Source: Paracoccus suum (GTDB lineage Bacteria > Pseudomonadota > Alphaproteobacteria > Rhodobacterales > Rhodobacteraceae). From it: DNA of 32,000 nucleotides. The stretch covers positions 2,400,001-2,432,000 of the forward strand of contig NZ_CP030918.1 of NCBI RefSeq assembly GCF_003324675.1, given 5' to 3'. Position numbers and translations under genes: made by a program. The stretch's first letter is position 1; every line of letters begins with the position of its first letter. This document shows, piece by piece, positions 1-7,962 of this stretch. The notes beneath the pieces were generated by a model. That model was not told the DNA's origin, did not search any database, and worked only from the letters and a program-made list of their open reading frames with translations.

Positions 1-114
1 CACACGGTGAGGGGTGCGCTTGCCGGCGCGCTAAAGAAAAAGCTCGGTCTGACCGTCACCTCGGAGAAAGTCGAAGGAAGAGGGCGCTGCTACCGCATCG
101 AGGACGCCGTCTGA
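1..114 (+). CDS. 3' end of a DUF3489-like protein (partial, runs off the window start)
   Basis: Frame 1 is open from base 1 to TGA 112-114. It translates HTVRGALAGALKKKLGLTVTSEKVEGRGRCYRIEDAV. The 'HTVRG..ALKKKLGL.v.SEK...gr.YRI' tail matches my memory of DUF3489 proteins, which often accompany DUF2924/serine-recombinase cassettes. The stop overlaps the next ATG (TGATG). Confidence 0.5.
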   Translation, partial: HTVRGALAGALKKKLGLTVTSEKVEGRGRCYRIEDAV

Positions 115-314
115 TGCCGCGGTACAGGGTCAAGATCACCCGTGCCGTCACCGAAAGCACCCGCGTGACCGTCGAGGCACTGTCCCCGGAGGCGGCGCAA
201 GCCGTCGCCTTCGTGGCGCTGGCCGACATGGAGGACGCCTTCTGGAACCTTGATGAGGGTTCGTGGAATGCAGGCCCCGCCTACATCACGGCAGTCGAGC
301 CTGCCGATGTGTGA
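114..314 (+). CDS. hypothetical 66-aa protein
   Basis: ORF in the track. Its start is coupled to the upstream stop, and the composition is protein-like rather than Arg/Pro/Gly junk. No recognisable motif. Confidence 0.45.
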   Translation: MPRYRVKITRAVTESTRVTVEALSPEAAQAVAFVALADMEDAFWNLDEGSWNAGPAYITAVEPADV

Positions 315-323
315 TGCCCGGCG

Positions 324-533
324 CTATCGCCAACGCTCGAACAGTCGTCGCAGCAGGTAACCCCGCGCCAACGACACGCCGACGAAGGCGAGGCCGATGC
401 TCAGATGCTCCGCGATTCCAGTCTCGATCCCGAACCACGGGAACACCACGATCTGCGTTGCGATGGCCAAAACGTAGCCGACGACAACGTTTGCCGCGGC
501 CTCGACCATCGACATGATCCGGCTCTGCTTCAT
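324..533 (-). CDS. small two-TM membrane protein, last gene of the minus-strand operon
   Basis: 69-aa ORF with two hydrophobic stretches (AAANVVVGYVLAIATQIVVFPWF and LSIGLAFVGVSLA). ATG 531-533 overlaps the stop of the methylase gene (530-532) as ATGA. Confidence 0.6.
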   Translation of the reverse strand: MKQSRIMSMVEAAANVVVGYVLAIATQIVVFPWFGIETGIAEHLSIGLAFVGVSLARGYLLRRLFERWR

Positions 534-1519
534 CGCAGGCTCTCCAGAAACGCCGTCACGAACTCCGCCGCGAGCGACGGAACGATTGCATTGCCGTAGC
601 CCCGCAGCAGCCCCATGCGACCGGGTAGCCCATCAGCCAGCGGGAATGTTCCGGGCTCAACGGGCCGCCAGCGGTCATCGCGGCAGAGGAGCCAGTCCGG
701 ATCTCGCCAGACGCCGTCCGTCGCATTGGCCCCGGCAGGGTCGGCGCCATCGACCAGTCCACCAGCTTCACCGTCCTGCGGCTCGCATCGGTGTTGCCGG
801 CCGCGTTGTATCGCTTCGTGGCGGGCGAGCCCGCCATCGCCGTCGGCCAACCCGCCAGCCAGACCTGTCGGCCGAGCAGCGCATTGATCGGCACCGACCG
901 GCATTCCGATCCGTCCTTGTGATCCCTCGCCGAGGCCGTCGCCCAACCCGCGAGTGACTGCGTCCAAGGCGACGGCGCCGAAGAACAGGCGTTGGCGGAT
1001 GTGCGGCGCGCCGATGCCCGCAGCCGGCAGATCGGCCGCCGCGACGGCGTAAGATGCCGCTTCCAGGTCAGCCGCCAGAGCGTCGAACCACGCCCAGCCA
1101 GTCGGGCCCTCAACTGCCGCGCGAGACTTTCTGCCAACCGGTCCGAGCACTGCCGCGCTCGCGACCTGCTCGCCGAAGACGAGCTCCGGGCGGCAGGCTG
1201 CGACGAGCCGCAGGAATGCCGGGGCGAGATGGCGGTCATCGTCCTGTCCCTTGCGCTGCCCGGCCTGACTGAAGGGCTGGCAGGGCGGCGAACCGGTCCA
1301 GACGGACAGATCGTCCGCTACGCCCGCGAGTCGCAGCGCATATGGCCAGCCGCCGATGCCGGCGAAGAAATGACATTGCGCGAAGCCGCGCAGCTCGGTG
1401 GGCTCCACCTCGAGGATGGACCTTTCGTCCACTTGGCCCGCGGGCAGAAGCCCGGCCGCGATCAGTTCCCGCAGCCAGGCGCAGATCGCGGGATCGGCAT
1501 CGTTGTAGTAGACGGCCAT
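530..1519 (-). CDS. DNA (cytosine-5)-methyltransferase, phage type
   Basis: Motifs: FFAGIGGW (motif I), SPPCQPFSQAG (motif IV, catalytic Cys), GAPHIRQRLFF (motif VIII-like), GYGNAIVP (motif X). Start moved to ATG 1517-1519 (MAVYYND...), which overlaps the ParB-MTase stop (1519-1521) as ATGA. The upstream 179 codons of the 508-aa track ORF are an Arg/Pro-rich overlap artefact. Confidence 0.85.
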   Translation of the reverse strand: MAVYYNDADPAICAWLRELIAAGLLPAGQVDERSILEVEPTELRGFAQCHFFAGIGGWPYALRLAGVADDLSVWTGSPPCQPFSQAGQRKGQDDDRHLAPAFLRLVAACRPELVFGEQVASAAVLGPVGRKSRAAVEGPTGWAWFDALAADLEAASYAVAAADLPAAGIGAPHIRQRLFFGAVALDAVTRGLGDGLGEGSQGRIGMPVGADQCAARPTGLAGGLADGDGGLARHEAIQRGRQHRCEPQDGEAGGLVDGADPAGANATDGVWRDPDWLLCRDDRWRPVEPGTFPLADGLPGRMGLLRGYGNAIVPSLAAEFVTAFLESLR

Positions 1520-2838
1520 CAGGCGGCTGCATCGGCCTTGTCGCCCAGCCGCTCGGCCTTCACCTCGGCGAAAATCCGGCCGTCGCCGTCGAGGATCGCC
1601 TCGCGCCCGGTGTCGGCCTGCCAGCGTTCGACGGCGACATCGACGTAAGCCGGGCTGATCTCCATCGCGAAGACGCGGCGGCCATTCGCTTCGCCCGCCA
1701 TGATCTGCGAGCCGGAGCCCGAGAACGGCTCGTAACAGAGGCCGCCGCGGGCGACGTGCTGGCGCATCGGGATGCCGAAGGCGTCGAGCGGTTTCGGCGT
1801 CGGGTGGTCGGGGCGCTCGTCCTTCGTGAAGGACGGCATTTCCCAGGTCGAGGGGAGCGTCTGCTCGGCCACCTTCGGCGGGCGGTTCGGGCGGCGCCAA
1901 CCCATGAAGCAGGGCTCGTGCTTCCAGAGGTAATGCGAGCGGGTGAGAACCCCCCGGTCCTTCACCCAGATGATCTGCTGGTGCACGAAGGCGCCCGCCT
2001 TCTCCCAGCAGGCTTCCAGCATCGCCTGGCGGCGCGAGGCGTGCCAGCAGTACCAAGCCGCGTCCTCGGTGATGGCTTCCGCCACGGCGGCGCCGATGAA
2101 GCTGTCATAGAGTTCCGCCCCCTGGCTGCTGTCGTCCCAGGTCACGCCGTAGGAGTGCGACCAGTCCTTGTTGCGGGTCGGGTGGTTCGAGCCGTCGTAG
2201 TCGACGAGGTACGGCGGGTCGGTCGCGAACAGCACGGCCCGCTCGCCGTTCATCAGGCGGCGCACGTCCGCCGCGCTGGTGCTGTCGCCGCACAGCAGGC
2301 GGTGATCGCCGAGGATCCACAGGTCGCCGGTGCGCGACGCCGGATTGCGCGGCGGTTCGGGGATGGTCACCGGCGGCACGGAGCCTCCGGCGCCACCTTC
2401 TTCACCGTCCCCCTCCGGCAAAAACGCCAGCAGCTTGTCGAGTTCGCTGTCGGGGAAGCCGACCAGCGACAGGTCGAAATCCTCGGCCAGCAGGTCGTTC
2501 AGTTCCGCCGACAGCAGCGCCTCGTCCCAAGTGCCGAGTTCCGTCAACTTGTTGTCCGCGATCCGGTACGCCCGCCGCTGCGCCTCGGTCAGATGACCGA
2601 GCACGATCACCGGCGCTTCGGTCAGCCCCAGCTGCGTGGCGGCCAGCACGCGCCCGTGGCCCGCGATTAGCTCTCCGTCTTCGCCCACGAGGCAGGGCAC
2701 GGTCCAGCCGAACTCGGCCATGCTGGCGGCGATCTTCGCGACCTGGTCGGCGCCATGCGCCTTCGCGTTCCTGGCGTAGGGCTGGAGGCGCGACAGCGGC
2801 CAGGTCTCGATCCGCTCGGGGGCGAAGGCGAGGGTCAT
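1519..2838 (-). CDS. ParB-like nuclease domain fused to an N6-adenine/N4-cytosine DNA methyltransferase
   Basis: N-terminus has a ParB/Srx-like core (NAKAHGADQV...LIAGHGRVLAA). C-terminal half has DPPY (motif IV) and EPFSGSGS (motif I), giving the beta-class order. This is a common phage/GTA-associated fusion. Confidence 0.9.
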   Translation of the reverse strand: MTLAFAPERIETWPLSRLQPYARNAKAHGADQVAKIAASMAEFGWTVPCLVGEDGELIAGHGRVLAATQLGLTEAPVIVLGHLTEAQRRAYRIADNKLTELGTWDEALLSAELNDLLAEDFDLSLVGFPDSELDKLLAFLPEGDGEEGGAGGSVPPVTIPEPPRNPASRTGDLWILGDHRLLCGDSTSAADVRRLMNGERAVLFATDPPYLVDYDGSNHPTRNKDWSHSYGVTWDDSSQGAELYDSFIGAAVAEAITEDAAWYCWHASRRQAMLEACWEKAGAFVHQQIIWVKDRGVLTRSHYLWKHEPCFMGWRRPNRPPKVAEQTLPSTWEMPSFTKDERPDHPTPKPLDAFGIPMRQHVARGGLCYEPFSGSGSQIMAGEANGRRVFAMEISPAYVDVAVERWQADTGREAILDGDGRIFAEVKAERLGDKADAAA

Positions 2839-2873
2839 GCAGGTTCCTGTCGATGGTCGATCGGCATCCGCCG

Positions 2874-3147
2874 GGTGGACTCCGGCACGGAGGGGTCCAC
2901 CGGCTTCCGGCCGGACTCCGGCATCCGCGGGGTATCCACCCTGGGCGGCCGGTCAGATGTTTGAATTCACGAGGGTTTCGAGGCGTCGCTGCTGGACGCT
3001 GGACTCCGGTGGCTTCCCAAAAATCCGGCCCTGTCGCTAGCGAAATGCCGAGCCAAGCCCGCCAGCATACGAATATCGCCAGAAAGGAACCAAGAACTCA
3101 ATGGGTTAGCCCATTGGACCCCGGCTGGACCCTTCGCTGGACCCCGG
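2874..3147. promoter_or_regulatory. Repeat-rich leader/intergenic region upstream of the methylase operon: five copies of GGACYCCGG plus a hairpin
   Basis: GGACTCCGG at 2877-2885, 2913-2921 and 3001-3009. GGACCCCGG at 3116-3124 and 3139-3147. A partial GGACCC at 3127-3132. Imperfect hairpin GGTGGACTCCG...CGGAGGGGTCCACC at ~2874-2901. Palindrome CAATGGG-TTAG-CCCATTG at ~3099-3116. No credible ORF in the region. Confidence 0.45.
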
Positions 3148-3255
3148 AAGCCAGCGGCGCGGCCTTTGCCTGCGCGCTCCTCTCCCGAGCATATTGGTTT
3201 TCTAACGGCCTCGTCGAAATGTGTAAGGCCCCGCGATGTACACCCGAAAATTTCC

Positions 3256-3702
3256 TCAGAGGACGATTTTTCTTGACAGGCGATTGGCGTTTTCGATGAC
3301 GAACTGCTGCGACCGACGGGGCGACGGCACGCGACCGTTCAGCCGCCAGGTGATCACGGCAAGGCCGTACTGCCAGCGCTTGGTCGCGGCCGTGCGCGAC
3401 AGACCGAACTGCCAGCAGATCGGCTTCCACGCCATGCCGTCGGCGCGGGCCCAGACCAGGCGCCCATCCTCGGGCTCCAGCCAGCGCAGCCAGAGCATCG
3501 CTTCCTCGGCCTGCGTGATCTGACGCGGGCTGGGTCTCGGGCGACGCATCTGCGGCTCCTGACCGACCTTGTCGGCGAAGCTGTGGAAGTACTCGGGCCA
3601 CGCGTTGAAGAAGCCCTGCGGCATCACGCCCGGCATCTGGCGCATGACGCCCGCCGCGAGCTCCAGCCGGTCCTGCACCTGTGCTGTGCTCCACTCACCC
3701 AT
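3256..3702 (-). CDS. phage-associated protein (DUF6362-like, from memory), possible HTH
   Basis: 148-aa ORF with GGGAGG 7 nt upstream of the ATG. The pattern W.T..V..RL.EA...LP...WP......R.P....I...EE.L.WL.WL...VW.RA.G..WK.I resembles a family seen in Rhodobacterales prophages. Confidence 0.55.
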   Translation of the reverse strand: MGEWSTAQVQDRLELAAGVMRQMPGVMPQGFFNAWPEYFHSFADKVGQEPQMRRPRPSPRQITQAEEAMLWLRWLEPEDGRLVWARADGMAWKPICWQFGLSRTAATKRWQYGLAVITWRLNGRVPSPRRSQQFVIENANRLSRKIVL

Positions 3703-3898
3703 GGCGCGCCTCCCGTTCGCGTTTGCCGTAGAGCCGCTCGCCGAGTTGCCGGACCAGTTCGCGCTCGGGCCAGGTGAGGCGGTGGTCGTCGACAGCCACG
3801 GCCAGAAGCCCCTGTTCCTTCCAGCCGTCGCGCTTGACCTCGTCGGGGTTGCGGCGCTGGCCGCCGTAGCCCTTGGGCGTGAACCGCATGCCGCTCAT
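3695..3898 (-). CDS. hypothetical 67-aa protein
   Basis: ATG 3896-3898 overlaps the RuvC-like stop (3895-3897) as ATGA. Charged, protein-like composition. Confidence 0.5.
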   Translation of the reverse strand: MSGMRFTPKGYGGQRRNPDEVKRDGWKEQGLLAVAVDDHRLTWPERELVRQLGERLYGKREREARHG

Positions 3899-4431
3899 CG
3901 CACACCTCCGCGGGTCTCCAGCGCCCAGAGCAGGATCGCGATGGCATCAGCCTCGTTGTCGTCGGCGGGGCTGAAGCCACGCGCCCGGGCGGCCGCCAGC
4001 ATGGCGTCCTTGTTCGCGTTGCCCTTGCCCGTGGCGTGGCGTTTGATGGTGCCGACCGGCACGCCATCGTAAGGAACGCCGCGCAGCTCGGCCCACGCGG
4101 TGAGCGTGGCCATGAGCCCGCCATAGACGTGGGCTGCATCCGTTCCAGCATGCCGGCGAACCTCCTCGAACCAAATGGCGGAAATCGGACCGGACAGCCG
4201 GTCCAGCTCGGTCAGCCAGTTGGTGAACCGCAGGTAGCGCATGCCGCCGCCGTCGAAGCGACCCTGGCGGAAAGACACGGTGCCGCTGGTGATCATCCCG
4301 TCGGCGCCGTGCAGGGCCCAGCCCGTGGTCGTGCCGAGATCAAGCGAGAGGAGCGTGCGATCGCCGCGGAAGGCGAGCGGCAGATGGGAGATTGCCTCGT
4401 GGCGGGAGGTGGCGAGAGTCAGGTCAGCCAT
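3895..4431 (-). CDS. RuvC-like Holliday-junction resolvase (phage type)
   Basis: Start set at MADLTL (ATG 4429-4431) with GGAGA ~8 nt upstream. LSLDLGTTTGWA carries the first catalytic Asp, and DNEADAIAILLWA is the C-terminal acidic RuvC motif. The 373-aa track ORF extends across the iteron region and is rejected. Confidence 0.8.
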   Translation of the reverse strand: MADLTLATSRHEAISHLPLAFRGDRTLLSLDLGTTTGWALHGADGMITSGTVSFRQGRFDGGGMRYLRFTNWLTELDRLSGPISAIWFEEVRRHAGTDAAHVYGGLMATLTAWAELRGVPYDGVPVGTIKRHATGKGNANKDAMLAAARARGFSPADDNEADAIAILLWALETRGGVR

Positions 4432-4556
4432 AGGTGATCTCCTCGTTGGGCTGCTTGGGTGGAAGACGACGGTGGTTGACGCTTGGCGGTACCGGCCGCC
4501 GTCGTCGGATCGGGATTGGCAGGGAGCGTCAGAGCCCGCGCTCGGAAACCCCTCGA

Positions 4557-4611
4557 CGTATGGGAGGAGAGGCCAAACCTGCAGGTTGGCCTCCCCATAC
4601 GTAGTATGGGG
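4557..4611. other. Overlapping, mutually exclusive stem-loops
   Basis: Imperfect 45-nt palindrome 4557-4601: CGTATGGG...GGCC.AACCTG/CAGGTT.GGCC..CCCATACG. A second perfect 8-bp hairpin, CCCCATAC-GTA-GTATGGGG at 4593-4611, re-uses the right arm of the first. Confidence 0.5.
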
Positions 4612-4619
4612 GCCTTCAT

Positions 4620-4849
4620 TGTTCGTCCTCCGTTCATCGTAAGACACTGAAATCATTAGTCTTTCGAGGTCGAACAGAGGGCGCGCAAGAGGACGAACAT
4701 ATTCGACCTCATTGGCCATCAAGCGATTGATTTCATTGACAAGAGGACGAACAATGGCGGAGGACGAACATGTTTGTCCTGAGGTCGAACAGGGCTTTCC
4801 GGAGGACGAACAAGGGCGATCGAGCACGATTTCAGGCATCTTCGTCCTC
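4620..4849. repeat. Iteron-like array of the 11-mer GAGG(A/T)CGAACA; putative replication origin or operator array
   Basis: Direct GAGGACGAACA at 4689-4699, 4743-4753, 4760-4770 and 4802-4812. GAGGTCGAACA at 4666-4676 and 4781-4791. Inverted TGTTCGTCCTC at 4620-4630. Degenerate inverted copies at 4700-4710, 4771-4781 and 4841-4849. The array lies immediately downstream of the primase/helicase gene in a locally AT-richer segment. Confidence 0.6.
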
Positions 4850-7198
4850 CGGAATCGGCCAGTCGGAGGGGTGCTCGACCTCGAGGCAGTCACCGTTCGA
4901 GGGCGACTTGTAGTGGGTCGGCACGACCGGTTTGCCGCCCGCGAAGACCTCTCCGGTCTCGGCGTCGACCTGCTCCTCGCAGCCGAACACCATGCCTTCG
5001 ACGCAGAGGTATCCAAAGCGCGACCGCACGACCGGATGGCCGTAGGGGCGGCCGTCGCGCACGAAGCGGATCCAGCCCTTTGTGGCGGCGACGTTCAGCC
5101 GGTCACGGATCGTGAACTGGCTGCCGAGACCGCGCTTGTTCTCGAAGGCCTCCCGGAACTGCGTCGAGGTATAGAGCCTGCCATTGCTCGCCTCCTCGAG
5201 CAGGATTGACAGGATGACATTGCGCTTGCGGTCGCGTTCGGCATCGTGCTTCGCGCCGGTCTCCTGGCCGACGATCCTCTCGTTCATCGGATTGATCTCG
5301 ACCCATTGGCCGCTCACCTTGTCGATCAGCTTCGCGGGCAACGCGGGACCATTGCGCAGCTCGATCTCCAGCTTTCGTTGCGAGCAGTCCTCGTCGGGGC
5401 GGTGCAGGATCAGGCCGGAGGTGTAGAACCCGCGCAGGGCGCTGGCGCCGGAAAGCGCGAGGAACGGATCCTCCTTCACCTGGTGCTTGCTGAGCTTCTT
5501 GGTGTGGTGGACCAGGATGACCCCGCAGTCGGGATCGATGTGGTCGCGCAGCACCTCCACCCGTTCCTTCAGGAAGAACATCATGGCGGTGTTGTCGTTC
5601 TCGCCGCCGCCATCTGGCCCGCCGTCGAAGAGGTTCCGGATCGGGTCGACGCAGAGGATGTCGGGCGGCGCATCCGGGAATGCCGACTGAATCGCGCGGG
5701 CGACCCGCACGCTGCCCTCGTTGTCGAGCAGCATCTTCAGTTTGGGCGTGGCGACGAATGTATCGCGGGCGGCGGCCAGCACATCGGGCGGCAGCGCGAT
5801 CTGCTTCAGCCGCTCGCGCAGATAGTGATACTGGATCTCGGCCTGCAGGTAGAAGATCCGCAGCGGGCGTGGCGGGGTGAAGCCGAGGAAGGGCTGACCT
5901 GCGGCCATGTGGACGAGCCAGGAGATCAGCAGGTCGCTCTTGCCGACCTTGGGCGCGCCGCCCAGCACCATAAGCCCGCCCGGCGTCAGCACGCGAGGCG
6001 CGATGATGTCCTCCGGCATCGGGCTCTGGTCGTCCAGCAGCGCGCCCAAGGTGAAGGCGGGCATCTCGACCGGCCCCGGTGCGCCGGAATCCAGCCGGAT
6101 CAGCGGCGGTCCGTATCTCTCGACATGCCGCTCCCAGAGCCGCTCGGATTCGCGCTTCAGCCGCTCGACCGGCCACTGGGGCCGCAGCATCGCGGCGTTG
6201 TAGCCGCAGATGCCTTCCCAGCCCTCGTCCCTTGTGATCCGGCCCTCGTGGACCATTCGGATGAAATGCCCGATCGCGGCCGAGGCACCCTCGAAACGGG
6301 ACCAGTCGTCCGCGCCGCCCTCGCGCACCGGCGTGACCAGCACCTCGTCCATGGCGGGCTTGTCGGGATGGGTGAAGGCGGGCTGCAGGGACACGCCCGG
6401 TGCGGGCGGCATGTCGGTCACGGCCTCGATGAACTCGGCCAGATCGCGTTCGCGGTCGGGGTTCAGCTCGACGATCCGCACCTGCGTCTTGAGGTTGTTC
6501 TTGTAATAGACGCTGCCGGCCACCCGGATCGGCTGATGCGCCGAGCGGAAGTGCATGTCACCGCCGACCTTGGCGGCAATGTCGCCGCGCAGACGCGTCA
6601 CGCGGGCTATGTCGTCGCCCTCGGCGGGTTCCGTCAGCGCCCACCAGACGTGGCACTTGCGCTGCCCCTCGGCCGTGACGCCGCCGCTCTCCACCACCAT
6701 GCTGGGCGGGCCGAGGTGGCGCTCCAGATGCGCGCGCCTGGCCGCGATGTCACCGGTGTCGAGATCGACCACCACGGTCTGCATCTGCAGGATCTCGGCG
6801 GCCCTGGCCTGACCGGGCGCGGCGACGGTGCCGGGGATCACATAGACCGCCGCCCCCTCGCGCGAGGCCCATGTCGCGAAGGTGGCCATCTTCTCCGGGG
6901 CAGCCCGATCCGCCTCGATCCAGATGTTGTGCGGACGGCCATCGATGCCCTGACCCTTGTCGATGAAGCTGCGGACCGGGATCAGGCCGTCGCAGTATCC
7001 GAAGACGACCTGCATGAATTGCGCGATCTGCGCAGGGTCGGGCTCGTCGCCGAAAACGTCGATCTGCGGCGCGGCGTCGTTGAAGTCGCGCCACGGGTTG
7101 AAATGAACGATGTTTTCCTTGGGCTCATCGGGCGTCGTGTCGTCGCGCATGGCTGGCTCCTGGTCGGGATCGGATGGATCGGTGGGCTCGTTGGTCAT
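4832..7198 (-). CDS. Primase-polymerase (AEP-like) N-terminal domain fused to a RecA/RepA-type (AAA_25-like) helicase/ATPase
   Basis: VVVDLDTGD (DxD) and SGGV...KCHVWWAL (sG.G.H) are AEP prim-pol motifs. GGAPKVGKSDLL is a Walker A, followed by a RepA-like core (VILVHHTKK). Start set at ATG 7196-7198 (MTNEPTD), which overlaps the upstream stop as ATGA. Confidence 0.8.
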   Translation of the reverse strand: MTNEPTDPSDPDQEPAMRDDTTPDEPKENIVHFNPWRDFNDAAPQIDVFGDEPDPAQIAQFMQVVFGYCDGLIPVRSFIDKGQGIDGRPHNIWIEADRAAPEKMATFATWASREGAAVYVIPGTVAAPGQARAAEILQMQTVVVDLDTGDIAARRAHLERHLGPPSMVVESGGVTAEGQRKCHVWWALTEPAEGDDIARVTRLRGDIAAKVGGDMHFRSAHQPIRVAGSVYYKNNLKTQVRIVELNPDRERDLAEFIEAVTDMPPAPGVSLQPAFTHPDKPAMDEVLVTPVREGGADDWSRFEGASAAIGHFIRMVHEGRITRDEGWEGICGYNAAMLRPQWPVERLKRESERLWERHVERYGPPLIRLDSGAPGPVEMPAFTLGALLDDQSPMPEDIIAPRVLTPGGLMVLGGAPKVGKSDLLISWLVHMAAGQPFLGFTPPRPLRIFYLQAEIQYHYLRERLKQIALPPDVLAAARDTFVATPKLKMLLDNEGSVRVARAIQSAFPDAPPDILCVDPIRNLFDGGPDGGGENDNTAMMFFLKERVEVLRDHIDPDCGVILVHHTKKLSKHQVKEDPFLALSGASALRGFYTSGLILHRPDEDCSQRKLEIELRNGPALPAKLIDKVSGQWVEINPMNERIVGQETGAKHDAERDRKRNVILSILLEEASNGRLYTSTQFREAFENKRGLGSQFTIRDRLNVAATKGWIRFVRDGRPYGHPVVRSRFGYLCVEGMVFGCEEQVDAETGEVFAGGKPVVPTHYKSPSNGDCLEVEHPSDWPIPEDEDA

Positions 7199-7962
7199 GC
7201 CGCCAGGCTCCAGCACCGCTCGGCGTGAGCGCAGAACCGGCATTCGAAGAAGTCGCGATTGGTGGCGATGCGGGGCAGCAGCTCGCCCGCGTCGGTGGCC
7301 TGCAGGATCCGCACCGCGCGGTCGGACATGCGCTGCGCCAGATCGGCATCGAACGGCACCAGCTCATGGTGCAGCTCGGCCGTGTCCTTGTTGATGGCCG
7401 TGAAGAGCGCGGGCGCCGCCGAGATCCCGGGCACCGATGGCTCCATGTAGGCTTGGTAGATCGCGATCTGGGCGGCATAGACCGGCTTGGAGACGGTGAC
7501 CCCGTCCTTGACGCAGGCACGCCAGTTCTTCGCGTTCATGGTCTTGCATTCCCAGAGCGCGGGGGTGCGCAGACCGAGCGCGGCCGGGGCTGCGGCCACG
7601 ATCCCGTCGACATGGCCACGGATACGGCCACCGGCGACGGAAAAGCCGAACTGCTCGCCATCGGGGCGATTGCCCTTGCGGGTATAGAGGTCGAGCCCCG
7701 CCGCCCGCAGCCAGCGGATCGCCAGATCCTCAAGCTGATGGCCGATCTCGAAGATCCTCAGCGTCTGCCCGCCGAAGTCCGAGCCCTCATCCTTGGGCGC
7801 GCCAGCAAACTCGAACTGCAGCGCGCGTTCGCAGGAGTGCCCGAGGCGGGACGCGCCGAGATAGGCCCGCGGCGGCGTGGCTTCCCGCTCGGCGACGAGC
7901 GCCGCGTCGACCAGCGCGTTGATCCGCTCGGCCACGGAGGGCCGATGGTTGAAATCCAGCAT
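7195..7962 (-). CDS. PD-(D/E)XK exonuclease with Cas4-like cysteine cluster
   Basis: GHVDG...LWECKT gives the D...ExK core. N-terminal HSCE plus C-terminal CRFCAHAERC give a Cas4/RecB-family 4-Cys arrangement. ATG 7960-7962 overlaps the upstream stop. Confidence 0.8.
   Translation of the reverse strand: MLDFNHRPSVAERINALVDAALVAEREATPPRAYLGASRLGHSCERALQFEFAGAPKDEGSDFGGQTLRIFEIGHQLEDLAIRWLRAAGLDLYTRKGNRPDGEQFGFSVAGGRIRGHVDGIVAAAPAALGLRTPALWECKTMNAKNWRACVKDGVTVSKPVYAAQIAIYQAYMEPSVPGISAAPALFTAINKDTAELHHELVPFDADLAQRMSDRAVRILQATDAGELLPRIATNRDFFECRFCAHAERCWSLAA

Noticed and set aside
1520-2056. N-terminal 179-codon extension of the Dcm ORF (track ORF 530-2056)
   Set aside because: It lies entirely inside the ParB-MTase gene in another frame and has a junk composition. 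The methylase motifs begin right after ATG 1519, which is ATGA-coupled.
3283-3288. Perfect TTGACA hexamer on the plus strand
   Set aside because: No acceptable -10 element lies at 16-18 nt, it sits inside the 3' end of a minus-strand gene, and there is no plus-strand gene downstream.
4432-5016. N-terminal extension of the RuvC-like ORF (track ORF 3895-5016), and the plus-strand ORF 4712-5209
   Set aside because: Both read across the iteron/hairpin region and the end of the primase gene. The RuvC motifs begin after MADLTL, which has a proper RBS.
5246-7228. 660-aa plus-strand ORF antisense to the primase/helicase gene. Similar long antisense or alternative-frame ORFs lie at 1342-2670, 8285-10093, 10740-11906, 15626-17371, 18015-19559, 24863-26014, 26957-28150 and 28994-30229.
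   Set aside because: The translations are Arg/Gly/Pro/Ala/His-rich low-complexity strings with no motifs, which is typical of stop-poor non-coding frames in ~65% GC DNA. The opposite or alternative frame carries clear conserved motifs in each case.
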